Assembly (NCBI GenBank): GCA_963768425.1
Contig: CAVYHV010000009.1
Coordinates: 128,001-192,000, forward strand
Source: Candidatus Bathyarchaeota archaeon
Lineage (GTDB): Archaea; Thermoproteota; Bathyarchaeia; Bathyarchaeales; Bathycorpusculaceae
Direction: 5' to 3'
DNA length: 64,000 bases
Shown here: in pieces, positions 10,472 to 21,276 of the stretch
Layout: each line of letters starts with the position of its first letter
How positions within the stretch are numbered: position 1 is the stretch's first letter
Notes under the pieces: generated by a model
What the model saw: only the letters and a program-made list of their open reading frames with translations
What the model was told of the DNA's origin: nothing
The model's database searches: none
Program-made: the position numbers and the translations under genes

Positions 10472-11131
10472 ATGACTAAAAAACAAACTAACAGTAATCA
10501 CACAAAAGAGCAATCCGAACAAATCATACTTGAAATCATAAAAAATCAATCTCCAGAAAACACTCAACAACTAATCAGAATGATACAAGAAAAAACCCCT
10601 CTATCCACAAAAGCCATAACTGAAATGTTAATTCAGCTTGAGAAGGAAGATAAAGTTCACTTCAACAAAAAAGAAATCATTACAACTTCCCTTTGCGCCT
10701 ACGCTTTCTCAAAGCAAGCAGCTTGGTATTGGATTACAGTCGCCCTTGCACTTGGAACTGTTTTAACCGTGTTCACTATACCTGACAGCAGTATTCCACT
10801 CGTTTACCTTCGTTCGGTACTGGGTTTAGTATTCATACTATTTCTGCCTGGTTTTGCCTTAGTGAGGGTGCTTTATCCTTCAAAATCCCCTTTCCAAACC
10901 AACAACGAAAACTTGGACAATATCATACGTATCGTTCTAAGCATCGGTCTAAGCATAGCACTTGTTCCAATTATTGGTTTAATTCTTTACTACACATCGT
11001 GGGGGATTGGAGCTACGCCCATAACTTTCAGTTTACTCGCGTTAACGCTCTTTCTTGCTACAGTGGCTATGCTGCGCAAATACCAAATAGAGTTACACCA
11101 TTTTCTTTTAGCGTATCCATCACTTAGTTAA
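10472..11131 (+). CDS. DUF1616-like membrane protein with N-terminal winged-helix-like domain
   Basis: RSVLGLVFILFLPGF and LSIGLSIALVPIIGLIL..T.WGI motifs. Confidence 0.75.
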   Translation: MTKKQTNSNHTKEQSEQIILEIIKNQSPENTQQLIRMIQEKTPLSTKAITEMLIQLEKEDKVHFNKKEIITTSLCAYAFSKQAAWYWITVALALGTVLTVFTIPDSSIPLVYLRSVLGLVFILFLPGFALVRVLYPSKSPFQTNNENLDNIIRIVLSIGLSIALVPIIGLILYYTSWGIGATPITFSLLALTLFLATVAMLRKYQIELHHFLLAYPSLS

Positions 11132-11274
11132 TAGTTTAAACAGCTGTTGGCTCTATTCCATGCAAAATTGTTAAGTGAACGCTTATGCCGTGTCGATCAA
11201 AGGTTTAACGCATATTTTGACAATGGACCTCGCAGAACCCCACTAAGAAATAGTAGGACTAGCTAACCGAGCAG

Positions 11275-11487
11275 CGTACGGTTCGTGCAGAGATCCTTAG
11301 AGACTATAAAGTGAAGTCCAATAGCTTCGGCATCGAAGTTGAACTGCATCATTTTGTGGAGAGGAAAGGCTTTGGTATAGTGAAAGTGCCCATTTGTTAC
11401 ATGAGGCGATTTGGTGCGAAGGAATTGATCGTTCGGATTAGTACGGCAATTCTTGAGAGTATGATGCAGGAAGCACCGTTTTGGTGA
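11275..11487 (+). pseudogene. C-terminal remnant of a DPM1-like GT2, paralogous to 6529-7302
   Basis: RTVRAEILRDYKVKSNSFGIEVELHHFVERKGFGIVKVPICYMRRFGAKEL aligns with RVVRASIFRSWTVKSRGFDVEVELNHQIEREGFAIEEIPIRYRERIGQKKL. No start or N-terminus. Confidence 0.75.
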
Positions 11488-11591
11488 AGCAAATGGACGC
11501 TACATTGATTGTGGGCGTTGGTATTTCTAGTTTCGCAAATAAGGTTAATAATGTGTTTATAAAAGAAAATATCGTATGAGGAATACATAAA

Positions 11592-12470
11592 ATGAAGATA
11601 CTTGTAACAGGATCAGCAGGAATGCTTGGTAGCGCTCTTTGTCCCACGCTTGCTCGAAGGGGTCACAAAGTGATTGCAACAGACTTAAGCACGATAGATG
11701 CAGGAATTGAATACTTGGACGTAAGGGGTTACGAGCAAGTAGACGACCTAGTTAAGAAAATAAAACCTGATATGGTGATGCATCTTGCAGCTGAAACAGA
11801 TGTTGATAAATGTGAACTTGAACCTGATCATGCATTTCAAACCAATTCTATTGGCACTCAGAATGTAACCTTGGCGTGTCAGAAGCAAAATATTGTGATG
11901 GTTTATATTAGCACAATAGGCGTCTTTTACGGAGATCAGTTTGAACCTTACTCGGAGTTTGATAATCCTAATCCAATTAATATTTATGGTAGAAGCAAGC
12001 TTGAAGGCGAAAAAATAGTTCAGAGTCTCTTGCAAAGGTACTACATTGTTCGCGCAGGTTGGATGATGGGTGGTGGGCCTAAAAGGGACAAGAAATTTAT
12101 CGGTAAGATAATAAATCAAATTAAGGAAAAAACTATACTGAAAGCTGTCCATGATAAGATAGGGAGTCCTACGTACACTGTCGATTTTTCTAAATGCTTA
12201 ACCAATCTAATCGAAACCGGTTATTACGGTCTTTATCATTGTACTAACGAGGGATATTGTTCAAGGTTCGATGTTGCCAAGAAAATTATTGATTTCATGG
12301 GACGACCAGATGTTACTGTTGAACCTGTCAACTCTGCTTATTTTCCTTTGCCTGCGGCACGAGCAAGATCAGAAATGTCTAGAAATTATAAGCTTAAACT
12401 CCTTGGCAAGGACGCTATGAGGAATTGGGAAGACGCGCTTAAAGAATACATTGATTCATGTTGGAAATAA
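11592..12470 (+). CDS. rfbD: dTDP-4-dehydrorhamnose reductase
   Basis: TGSAGMLG, HLAAETDVDKCE, YGRSKLEGE and GSPTYTVD. Confidence 0.88.
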   Translation: MKILVTGSAGMLGSALCPTLARRGHKVIATDLSTIDAGIEYLDVRGYEQVDDLVKKIKPDMVMHLAAETDVDKCELEPDHAFQTNSIGTQNVTLACQKQNIVMVYISTIGVFYGDQFEPYSEFDNPNPINIYGRSKLEGEKIVQSLLQRYYIVRAGWMMGGGPKRDKKFIGKIINQIKEKTILKAVHDKIGSPTYTVDFSKCLTNLIETGYYGLYHCTNEGYCSRFDVAKKIIDFMGRPDVTVEPVNSAYFPLPAARARSEMSRNYKLKLLGKDAMRNWEDALKEYIDSCWK

Positions 12471-12780
12471 ACTCTTTGAACACAAGAGGTTTTTTCGTTT
12501 TTCTTTTTCCATCTTTTCATTTTTCTTTCTCGCTAACGGAGACGGACAACTTTGCCAACTCTTTTCACCAATTGGGCACATTATTCACATGCGGATTTTT
12601 CCAAACTGACGAACAGCCAAGAATTACTAGTACATGCAAGAAAATCGCCGGTGCTTTTGTTAGTTGCTATTGCGTGAGAGAAATATTGCGCGACCGTGTG
12701 GAGACGCCTAATGTTAGGTAGTTGAGGAATAAGATTTTGACAACAAAAATCGTGCTCTAAATCTTGATGTAGCTGATCTT

Positions 12781-13881
12781 ATGCGAATAGCTTATGTGGG
12801 AACCATGGGCATCCCAGCTCGCTACGGCGGGTTCGAAACATGCGTAGAAGAGATAGCCATTAGACTTGCCAGAAAAGGGCATGAAATAACTGTTTATTGT
12901 GGTTACAGGGGTTCAAAACCTCGAACTAAATCATACAAAGGTGTCACGTTAAGATATGTTCCATGTCTTAGAAATAAATTCGTGGATTTCCCTTTTCGTT
13001 CATTTGTTTCGGTTCTTGATGGATTGCACAGTAACTTTGACATTATTCACTTTTATGGCTCTGATGCTTCGCCTTTTGCCCTTATACCGAGAATGGCATC
13101 CTCAAAAACGGTAATTTCTCTTGATGGATTTACTTGGAGCAGATCGAGTTATCCAATTTGGGTCCGAAAAATTCTACGTTTAACTTCTAGCTTTGCTTTA
13201 GTTTTCCCAAATGCGGCTACTGTAGACTCAAAGTTTGTACAACGCTGGTACTGGAAGAATTTACTCAGGTACCCACTGTATGTTCCTTACGGAGCTAATA
13301 TTGATTTGGCTGAGCCTGATGAAACAGTTCTTCTTAAGAATAACCTTAGAAATAAGAAATATGTCCTTTTTGTGGGTAGGTTAGTGCGCGAGAAGGGTGT
13401 TCACTATCTAGTTGAGGCTTTTGCACGAATCAAGACTAATTTTAATTTGGTTATTGTTGGGGCGGACCCATATGGAAAAGAATATGAGCTTTTTCTAAGA
13501 AAAAAAGCTAATGAGAAAACTGTTTTTTTGGGGTGTGTATATGGAAAGGAATACGAAGATTTGTGTAAAGGTGCATATCTTTATGTCTCGCCCTCAGATC
13601 TTGAAGGCACATCCCCTGCCTTGTTAACAGCGATGGCTTTGGGGAAAAGTCCACTCGTAAGTGACATTCCAGAGAATCTTGAGACAATAGGCAATGCTGG
13701 TTTTTCATTTAGACATGGAGATGTTGAGGATTTAAAAGAGAAACTTCAATTTCTTCTTGAAAATCCAGAAGTGGTTGAAGATATGCAAAAAAAAGTGGTG
13801 GATCGAGTTAGGACCTATTATGATTGGAATAAGATAACAGATCAGATGGAGAAATTATATGTCTCCCTTGTCTGTGAGTGA
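12781..13881 (+). CDS. GT4 glycosyltransferase (DUF1972-type, possible rhamnosyltransferase)
   Basis: GIPARYGGFET, FVGRLVREKG, EGTSPALLTAM and SDIPEN. Confidence 0.9.
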   Translation: MRIAYVGTMGIPARYGGFETCVEEIAIRLARKGHEITVYCGYRGSKPRTKSYKGVTLRYVPCLRNKFVDFPFRSFVSVLDGLHSNFDIIHFYGSDASPFALIPRMASSKTVISLDGFTWSRSSYPIWVRKILRLTSSFALVFPNAATVDSKFVQRWYWKNLLRYPLYVPYGANIDLAEPDETVLLKNNLRNKKYVLFVGRLVREKGVHYLVEAFARIKTNFNLVIVGADPYGKEYELFLRKKANEKTVFLGCVYGKEYEDLCKGAYLYVSPSDLEGTSPALLTAMALGKSPLVSDIPENLETIGNAGFSFRHGDVEDLKEKLQFLLENPEVVEDMQKKVVDRVRTYYDWNKITDQMEKLYVSLVCE

Positions 13882-13899
13882 AATACGCAAAGGCAATCT

Positions 13900-15120
13900 A
13901 TGGTCATTTTAATACTCTTTGAACTGTTGGCGAATCTACCTTTGAAGTTTCTGATGACGTCGACTTTTTATCCTCCCTATAGCATAGGGGGAGATGCTAC
14001 TCACGTAAAATACTTAGCTGAAGAGCTTGTAAAAATAGGCCATGAAGTTCATGTTTTCTACAATAGGGATGCCTATGAAGTTAAGAGGCGAAACCTGCCT
14101 CAAATCGTTGAGCCGCAAGATATTTTCCTTCATGAATTTAAATCAAATTCAAATTTTAGTCCATATGCCGCTTACTTCTTCGGGAATTCCCCTGCAATTT
14201 ATAAAAAGTTTAACACTTTAGTCAAACAAATAAGACCAGATATCATACATCACCACAACATTTCTTTACTTGGTTACAATATTCTGAAAAACCATGGAAC
14301 CTCTGCAAACGTTTACACGGCGCATGATTTTTGGTTGGTCTGCTCTCAAAACAATCTATTGAGGAACGGCAAAGAATGCAATGTTCCGTCATGTTTTACT
14401 TGTTCTTTGAAGAGCAAAAAACCTCCACAATTATGGAGGTACTATCGCAACTTCAAGGAAGCTGTTGGCAACATTGATCTAATTATAGCACCATGCGAAT
14501 ATCTTCAAAGAAGAATAGCTCAAGAAATTAATGTTAGAAGCGAAGTGATAAGAAACTTTGCACCTTTGCCGCCGAATTATATTTCACGGACGAGTTACTC
14601 CGATTATTTTCTCTTTGTCGGAGGTTTAGAAGAACATAAAGGTATCATGAATCTGCTGGAGGTGTTTCGAAAATCTCAGCACCGAATAGGTGCCAAACTA
14701 CTGATTGTAGGACGCGGTAGCTTACGAACCCGCATTAAACAGTTCATTCGAGAATATTCCCTAGACAATGTAGTTATTTTTTTGGGATCGGTTCTCTCAG
14801 AAGAGTTATATTCGCTTTATCAAAACGCCTACGCTTTGGTTGTGCCGTCAATTTGGCCAGAAAATTCGCCGTTGGTTATTATGGAAGCTCTATCAGTAGG
14901 TACTCCTTCAATAGTTTCAAATATGGGCGGATTGCCCGAGATTGTTAGAACAGGCAAATGTGGGTTAATTTTCAATAACTTTGAAGAACTTTCGAATATT
15001 CTCATTAACTTTCCTAAGACCAACTGTGATAGAGGAAGAATCTTCAATATATATATGGAAAACTTTTCTCCTGGAACCTACGTGAATCGTTACCTCAAAT
15101 CCATTGAGGCTTATGTATAA
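13900..15120 (+). CDS. GT4 glycosyltransferase
   Basis: FYPPYSIGG, HDFWLVC, a Cys cluster (CxxxxCxxC), EHKG and WPENSPLVIMEA. The true start may be TTG ~13942. Confidence 0.9.
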   Translation: MVILILFELLANLPLKFLMTSTFYPPYSIGGDATHVKYLAEELVKIGHEVHVFYNRDAYEVKRRNLPQIVEPQDIFLHEFKSNSNFSPYAAYFFGNSPAIYKKFNTLVKQIRPDIIHHHNISLLGYNILKNHGTSANVYTAHDFWLVCSQNNLLRNGKECNVPSCFTCSLKSKKPPQLWRYYRNFKEAVGNIDLIIAPCEYLQRRIAQEINVRSEVIRNFAPLPPNYISRTSYSDYFLFVGGLEEHKGIMNLLEVFRKSQHRIGAKLLIVGRGSLRTRIKQFIREYSLDNVVIFLGSVLSEELYSLYQNAYALVVPSIWPENSPLVIMEALSVGTPSIVSNMGGLPEIVRTGKCGLIFNNFEELSNILINFPKTNCDRGRIFNIYMENFSPGTYVNRYLKSIEAYV

Positions 15121-15466
15121 GAAAGCTACTAGACAATTTACTTTGACTTTCGAATACGAGAACGGGATTAAGAGCATTTATGGTTAAAGTTGAATGTTTC
15201 CACAATGACGGTGCGACTCATAGAACGTCGGTTTTTAGGCTAATTGCTATTCAACCAAATATCCGCTTGATAGTGTATTTTGGATAATATGCTTTTCAGA
15301 CAGAAAATGGAAAGTTAACATAGGTGAAGGTTTCGATCATGAAATATCAAAAGAAATCAATTTCTTGCCAAATCTTTTTTGTCTTCAAACCCGCGGAAGA
15401 TCCCAGTTAGTCTAAATAAATCATTGTTATTTGAATTATTACGTAATAGTTGCGAAGTGAACCGCA

Positions 15467-15550
15467 ATGACTAAAAAACAAACTCAAATTGATCCAGCCA
15501 AAAGAGCCATCCAAACAAAATCATACACGAAACCGTGAAAAAACAGAAAG
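15467..15550 (+). pseudogene. Degenerate copy of the 5' end of the DUF1616-like gene at 10472
   Basis: atgactaaaaaacaaact...caaaagag..atcc.aacaaaatcatac..gaaa at 15467 matches 10472-10550. Confidence 0.55.
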
Positions 15551-15697
15551 GCGTTCTGCAGAGGCATAATTTCGATACCACGTTAGTATTGCGGGGTGCT
15601 ATGGTAAGTCCGAATATCCGCGAGTAAATCGCGAGTAAATTTGGAAGAATTAGGTTTTGATAGTTTGGCTTATTTTTAGGCTTTGTTGGCTGTTTTT

Positions 15698-16600
15698 TCA
15701 TGGTGTATTTATGGTCAGCTGGGAGTTAGCGAACCATGCTTGGCCTGAATCGCTGGCGCCGTATGTTGAGCTCCAAACTTGCATCCAAGGAATTATCGCG
15801 GTCGGTATGATCATTTGTCCTGCGGAATAGCCTCCTGTTGTGCCGTCGGCGGGATAAGTTGATGGTACGGTAAAGCTTATTGTTACTTGGGTCCAGGTGT
15901 TTGTGTTCCAGTTGACGTATGTTTGTCCGTTTGGCCAGCCGCTTGTGGGTGTCCAAACGCTTCCGTCTGGCGCGTCAGTGCCAGTTATTCGCCCGGCAGC
16001 ACTATAGAAGTCTATTCCGACTCTTCCGCCGCTGCATGGGTTTGTGTCGCCAAGGCTGCTTGCGGTGGTTTTTATCCAGCAGCTAAAGACTATTTGGTCG
16101 CCTGGTGCTATTGAAATGTAGGGGCCGTCGCATTCTCTTGCGGCATTACCTGTGTTGCCTGGGGGGTCTATTCTGATTGTGGGGTTTCCGTTGTAAAGTA
16201 CATTTGTATCTAAAACAACATTTGCTACTCCGCCGATTCCCCATTCCATGCCTGTATCTGCCGTAGTCCAACCGTTTGGAACAGGTGCCAAGTTAGTTGT
16301 TGGTTTTGGGGTTGGGGTTGGACTTGGGGTTGTTGTTGGTTTTGGGGTTGGGGTTGGACTTGGGGTTGTTGTTGGTTTTGGGGTTGGGGTTGGACTTGGG
16401 GTTGTTGTTGGTTTTGGGGTTGGGGTTGGACTTGGGCTTGATGCAGATGCTACAACGCTTCCATAGGTTGACATGCTGACCTCAGTTGAAACCTGTGCTT
16501 GTGCAATCAAATATGTAATAGAGTAGCATAACATAATGCATAAGATGATGGCAAAGTATTTACTTTTTTTCATCCGATGGGGCGCCTTTAGGTTCATCAT
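15698..16600 (-). CDS. Secreted protein: signal peptide, P/T linker and one CBM-like beta-sandwich domain (copy A)
   Basis: N-terminal hydrophobic signal, (TTPSPTPTPKPT)x4, and domain NLAP...ISIAPGDQIVFSCWIKT...WTQVTISFTVP...AWFANSQLTI. Confidence 0.8.
   Translation of the reverse strand: MMNLKAPHRMKKSKYFAIILCIMLCYSITYLIAQAQVSTEVSMSTYGSVVASASSPSPTPTPKPTTTPSPTPTPKPTTTPSPTPTPKPTTTPSPTPTPKPTTNLAPVPNGWTTADTGMEWGIGGVANVVLDTNVLYNGNPTIRIDPPGNTGNAARECDGPYISIAPGDQIVFSCWIKTTASSLGDTNPCSGGRVGIDFYSAAGRITGTDAPDGSVWTPTSGWPNGQTYVNWNTNTWTQVTISFTVPSTYPADGTTGGYSAGQMIIPTAIIPWMQVWSSTYGASDSGQAWFANSQLTINTP
15729..16295. repeat. Direct repeat copy A (~567 bp), near-identical to 37119-37685
   Basis: Manual comparison at offset 21390 shows 6 substitutions and a perfect run over 15744-16143. 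Confidence 0.92.
16296..16435. repeat. 36-bp tandem repeat, ~4 copies, encoding the P/T/K linker
   Basis: Unit gttgttggttttggggttggggttggacttggggtt repeated without mismatch. Confidence 0.92.
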
Positions 16601-16786
16601 TTCTCTTTGATTAGCAAATCGTAAGCTTCAATATAAGCATACTTACTCGGCTGAATTCTTGTTCAGCTGTGTAACACAAATACACAATTCTTTCCTTAGT
16701 GATTTTAATTTTGAAACGTTTAAATTATTGTTTTACGAAGAAACAACTAACGTGGTCCTTAAAAAGCGAATTATAGTGGATTTTGT

Positions 16787-17773
16787 ATGTCTGATGAAAA
16801 AGTTGAGAAAGATGTTAAGCCTTTATTGAGCGTTATTTTAGCAACCAAAGGCAACAAGACAGTGTTTCTGGAGAGATGCATTAAATCTCTTCAAAATCAG
16901 ACATTTCAACAGTTTGAAATAATCGTTGTGTATTCGATCTATCCTGAAGGGCTTAGTAAACTTTTTGAAGATTGCCACATTCTTGCTTTGAAAGAAAACG
17001 GGCGGACGTTGGGTGCAGCGAGAAACCTGGGAGTAAAGTCTGCAAAAGCAGACATTGTTGTGTTCATAGATGATGACGCAGAAGCTCCCAATGATTGGCT
17101 GAACAAAATATATTCAACCTTTCAGCAGTATCCGTCGTTGATGTGCTTAGGTGGAGCGCATCTAACTCCAATTGAAGAAGGAAATAGTAGTGTTTTAAGA
17201 TTTGTCGAAGGCTCATTTGCAGAGTTACAGAGGAGAAAAGTTGTCCTCGATCGTTCCGCTGTAGGAAAGATTGCGGGTTGCAACGTCGCTTACCGAAAAA
17301 TAATCTTTGATAAAATCGGTCCTTTGAGCGAAACGCTTCGGTCAGGAGAAGATTGGGAGTTTCACATTCGTATAGCTGAAAATGGGTATGCTTTGCGTTT
17401 TGATCCGCAGATCCCAGTTTGGCATCACAGGCAAGGGTTGAAACATGCTTTTAAGAATAGCTCAAATATGGTGCCGTTTTTCTTTTCGTGGAAAGCTCTC
17501 AAATATTCGCGTCACGAATATTTCTTTGCTTCTTTTTATCTTTCAAATTTTCTGTTTTTGATTTTAATTGTAACTATATTTATCTCTCCAGTCGTGTTTC
17601 TTTCGTTTCTCGTTTTAATATTATTATGTTATTTTATATTTACAGCAGTGCGTACAAGGATGCATGACCGCCGGCTTATCTATTTTCCACTGGTGGTTTT
17701 ATTCACTTTGGCAAGAATATTTGGTTTTTACTATGGTATATTAAAGCAAATAGCTTCCAAACTGCATCATTAA
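16787..17773 (+). CDS. GT2 glycosyltransferase with C-terminal TM helices
   Basis: GAARNLG, FIDDDA, GCNVAYR, GEDWE and a hydrophobic C-terminus. Confidence 0.9.
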   Translation: MSDEKVEKDVKPLLSVILATKGNKTVFLERCIKSLQNQTFQQFEIIVVYSIYPEGLSKLFEDCHILALKENGRTLGAARNLGVKSAKADIVVFIDDDAEAPNDWLNKIYSTFQQYPSLMCLGGAHLTPIEEGNSSVLRFVEGSFAELQRRKVVLDRSAVGKIAGCNVAYRKIIFDKIGPLSETLRSGEDWEFHIRIAENGYALRFDPQIPVWHHRQGLKHAFKNSSNMVPFFFSWKALKYSRHEYFFASFYLSNFLFLILIVTIFISPVVFLSFLVLILLCYFIFTAVRTRMHDRRLIYFPLVVLFTLARIFGFYYGILKQIASKLHH

Positions 17774-17939
17774 TTCGAAGCGTTTCATTTACCCAAACGA
17801 TTTAATGAACATCTTTCATTATGTTTATTTTTTGTCAGCTTTTTTTATTATCTAAAATAATTAACCAGAATTAGGTTTAACTACTCGCGTTTGACTTGTT
17901 TCTAATTTATTAATCAATGTAAGATGATTTGGTGTAGGC

Positions 17940-19490
17940 GTGGACAAAACTAAAATATTGCTTTTGCCGTTTTTAATCGGCTTAGGCCTTGTTATATATT
18001 CCTGGTTCTTGACTTATCCTCTGTCAATTACTAATGCAAACGACAATATTTTTAATCATGTATCTATCTTTTATTGGATTGGTCTGCCTCTGTTAATGGC
18101 GTCTATGTTATTAATGGCGGCAACAACGAAAAACGTCTATTTGAAGTGGGTGCTCTCTACAGGAATTGTGCTGGCGTTTTATTCCCTATCTTATTCTTTT
18201 AGTTTGCTGCCTGGTGTTGACACACAGTATTTTAGAGGTTTAAGCGAATACTTCTTTAAAACAAATAGTTTGGATGCTTCTCAGTTAAATCATGACTATT
18301 ATCAGTGGCCTGCTTTTTTTATCTTGGCTAAGGTTGTCACCTCAATATCTGGGTTGTCTTTAGAAGATTTCCAATTTCTGCTATTCACTGTTATAGGTTT
18401 CTTGCTTTCCACTGGTATATACGTTTATGCTTCCAGAAAATATAAGTACGGCGGATTCTTAGCTGTAGTGACCTTTTTCCTTTCTATATATTACTTTTTT
18501 AACTATCAAGGTGTGCCCTTTTCGCTTGCTCTTGGTCTTCTTTTTGTTATGTTAATGCTTGACACAAGACAAAAGAGTGCCAGTTCAACAATTACCCTAC
18601 TATTGTTGTACACTGGTCTTTTGTTTATGCATCTTTTTGTGCCCGTTTTTTTTATTATATATTTATTGTTGAGAGGTTTTCTTGATAAAAGCCGATATTA
18701 TTGGAGCCTTTTCCTAATCGCTTTGAACAGTTATGTACTTTATTCGATCACTATGGCCAAATTTACAATCGCGCAGATCTTTGCCCTCCTCATTGCAATG
18801 CCAACAACATACGGTGACATGATCAAGATTACAATACAACCCGTCTTAGCTCCATTTGACGTTACCGCTCAGCTTTTTTCAAGAACGGTAACAATAGGAT
18901 TCATCTTGTTGGGTGTTGTTTGCTTCACTTTCATGTTTATCAAAAGAAAATTGTCTACTCAGGATAAAGCTCTTCTCATAACTGGAATATTTTATTCTGG
19001 GTTGGGTGTTGTATTAAATACTCTGGGATGGCGGGCAATATCCATAGTTTTCATTCCTGTTTGTTTAAGCGCAGCCTATATGTTTGAAAGCAAATTCAGA
19101 CGATATTCCGTTTTCGCAATTTTGGTTTTGGTTATATTGTCCGTTTTTATCCCGATTCATCAATCCTTTAGTGGTAATGATCAATTCCAAACAAAGGAAG
19201 ATTATGTTGCTGAAAACTTCCTCCTCACTCATTGTAATTTAGAACAACATAATTTTGTTTTTACTGATTACTGGGCATCTTGGTACGTGGAGTCAGAACT
19301 CAGTACTTACAAATATATCTATACAGATCCTGGGACAGCGAATCAGGCGGATGTTCTGCTTATTACTCCACCACTAATTGGACAGGACTTGGGGAATAAC
19401 AATACGCTTGAGAGCGTTGTACAAAAAGAAACCCTGAATGTCGTATACAATGACGGTTCATCTTATGTGCTAATTAAATCTCATTCATAG
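17940..19490 (+). CDS. Polytopic membrane protein (possible GT-C or Wzy-like polymerase)
   Basis: About 12 hydrophobic segments, a luminal loop D..YF..DYYQWPAFF and a soluble C-terminal domain; located in the glycan cluster. Confidence 0.6.
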   Translation: MDKTKILLLPFLIGLGLVIYSWFLTYPLSITNANDNIFNHVSIFYWIGLPLLMASMLLMAATTKNVYLKWVLSTGIVLAFYSLSYSFSLLPGVDTQYFRGLSEYFFKTNSLDASQLNHDYYQWPAFFILAKVVTSISGLSLEDFQFLLFTVIGFLLSTGIYVYASRKYKYGGFLAVVTFFLSIYYFFNYQGVPFSLALGLLFVMLMLDTRQKSASSTITLLLLYTGLLFMHLFVPVFFIIYLLLRGFLDKSRYYWSLFLIALNSYVLYSITMAKFTIAQIFALLIAMPTTYGDMIKITIQPVLAPFDVTAQLFSRTVTIGFILLGVVCFTFMFIKRKLSTQDKALLITGIFYSGLGVVLNTLGWRAISIVFIPVCLSAAYMFESKFRRYSVFAILVLVILSVFIPIHQSFSGNDQFQTKEDYVAENFLLTHCNLEQHNFVFTDYWASWYVESELSTYKYIYTDPGTANQADVLLITPPLIGQDLGNNNTLESVVQKETLNVVYNDGSSYVLIKSHS

Positions 19491-19723
19491 TTTTAAAATT
19501 CAAGAATTACGGCCTATATCAATTTCGTTCATTTCTAAGCTTTATTGGCGACACTTGCCAAAAGCTTTTCTTAAAACGCGTTTTTTCGTTGAATGTGAAG
19601 AAAGTTTACGGGCACAGTTTTTTTCGCCTAAAACATGTGTTGATGAACGTCTTGAAGTAGTTATGGGTATCTAAAAAAGGGTTGGTTTGTACGGAACCGT
19701 GTTTGGTTCCGTTTTTTGTTTCT

Positions 19724-21199
19724 TTATGGTGCGGTTATGGTTAGTTGGGGGTTTGCGAACCATGCTTGGCCTTGGTCGCTGGCGCCGTATGTTGAGCTCC
19801 AAACTTGCATCCAAGGAAGTATTGCGGTTGGTGTGACTGGTTGTCCTGTGTAGTAGCCTCCTGATGCGCCGTCGGCTGGATAAGCTGAAGGTATGGTGAA
19901 GCTCATTGTTATTTGTGTCCATGTGCTTGTGCCCCAGTGTACGTAATTCAAGTTTGTGTTGCTTGGGTAGCCTGTTGTGGGTGTCCAAACGCTTCCGTCT
20001 GGGGAGGCGGTGCCGGTTATTCTTCCGTTGTTTGAGTAGAAGTCTATTCCGACTCTTCCGCCGCTGCATGGGTTTGTGTCGCCATAGCTGCTTGGAGAAG
20101 TTTTTATCCAGCAACTAAAGATTATTTGGTCGCCTGGTGCTATAGAGATGTAGGGGCCGTCGCATTCTCTTGCGGCGTTGCCTGAATTGCCTACTGGTAA
20201 TATTTCTATGCTAGCTTGTCCGTTGTAGAGTACACTTGTGCTTAAAACATCATTTGATACACCACCAACGGCAATATGCATACCATTTTTTGATGTACTC
20301 CAGCCTGTTGGACTAGGCGCCAAATTAGCTGATTGTGACGTCCCAGGGGTTTGAGTTGGTGTCGGGGTTGGCGTGGCGGTAGGGGCAGGGGTTGGTGTAG
20401 GGCTTACGGTTGGACTTGAAGTAGTTGGTGAAGCTGGCATAGTTATGAAACTTGTAGAAGCACTGATAAAATCGATGTAATCATTTAGAGTTACTGCAGA
20501 AGGAGAACATGGTCCAATTTGAATTATTTGCGAAGCGCCGTCATAATTATTTGTTAATCCAGTGACGTCCAAAATTTGAGCATTGTTAACCCACATTGTT
20601 GTCTCGCCAGTGCCGCTACCAACTTTGCACATAACTTCTATGTAATACCAAGTACCGACAGAAATACTTGATCCCAAAGAACTGTCAACGTAATTACTCT
20701 TGCCACCGCTGCTCGAATACTCTAAGGTCCAACGATATGTTCCTGCATTGTTATGGATATATGCTGATGCCAAATCATACCCGTTGATGCTGTCCAATGT
20801 TATCCCAGCCATCAAATAGTTGCCCGAAGAAGGCAGGGCATCCAAACAAACGTAACCTGCCAGATACAAAGTAGAATAGGTTGTTCCCAGGTTTTTAGTT
20901 ATGACTGCCCATGAATTAGCTGTATATGGCAAAGTAAATTTTGCAATATTACTTCCTCCATAAACTGTGGAAGTTTGGACACTTTCTGTGCCGCCATTGT
21001 TATTGCTTATTGCCCATGCATTAAAATTCTTGCTTGCAAAATTTTCGCTGAATATTGATGTTGAAGCGTGAACTGCAGCCGACGAGACGAATGATAGCAT
21101 GCTTATGATAAATAGGGCGCTAATGAATAGAACTGTTGGTTTTGAGTGTTTTCTGAAGTTTATAGAATGTAGTATGTTCCTTAGTTTGTGTGTTTTCAT
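19724..21199 (-). CDS. Secreted protein: concanavalin/LamG-like domain, P/T linker and CBM-like domain (copy C)
   Basis: Signal peptide, FSENF..WYYIEV...W.N...DYID beta-sandwich, and a C-terminal domain paralogous to copies A and B. Confidence 0.78.
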   Translation of the reverse strand: MKTHKLRNILHSINFRKHSKPTVLFISALFIISMLSFVSSAAVHASTSIFSENFASKNFNAWAISNNNGGTESVQTSTVYGGSNIAKFTLPYTANSWAVITKNLGTTYSTLYLAGYVCLDALPSSGNYLMAGITLDSINGYDLASAYIHNNAGTYRWTLEYSSSGGKSNYVDSSLGSSISVGTWYYIEVMCKVGSGTGETTMWVNNAQILDVTGLTNNYDGASQIIQIGPCSPSAVTLNDYIDFISASTSFITMPASPTTSSPTVSPTPTPAPTATPTPTPTQTPGTSQSANLAPSPTGWSTSKNGMHIAVGGVSNDVLSTSVLYNGQASIEILPVGNSGNAARECDGPYISIAPGDQIIFSCWIKTSPSSYGDTNPCSGGRVGIDFYSNNGRITGTASPDGSVWTPTTGYPSNTNLNYVHWGTSTWTQITMSFTIPSAYPADGASGGYYTGQPVTPTAILPWMQVWSSTYGASDQGQAWFANPQLTITAP

Positions 21200-21200
21200 T

Positions 21201-21216
21201 TCTCTCTCTCTCTCTC
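21201..21216. repeat. (TC)8 microsatellite immediately upstream of the 21199 start codon
   Basis: tctctctctctctctc seen directly. Confidence 0.8.
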
Positions 21217-21276
21217 AATTTTGAAATCCTTGTGGTCGCATCTATTTTATAGCTTTTTGAAAAATCCATTAACCTC

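Noticed and set aside
15726-16479. Overlapping alternative-frame ORFs, duplicated at 37065-37504
   Set aside because: They are shadows of the real gene and are repeated only because the DNA is repeated
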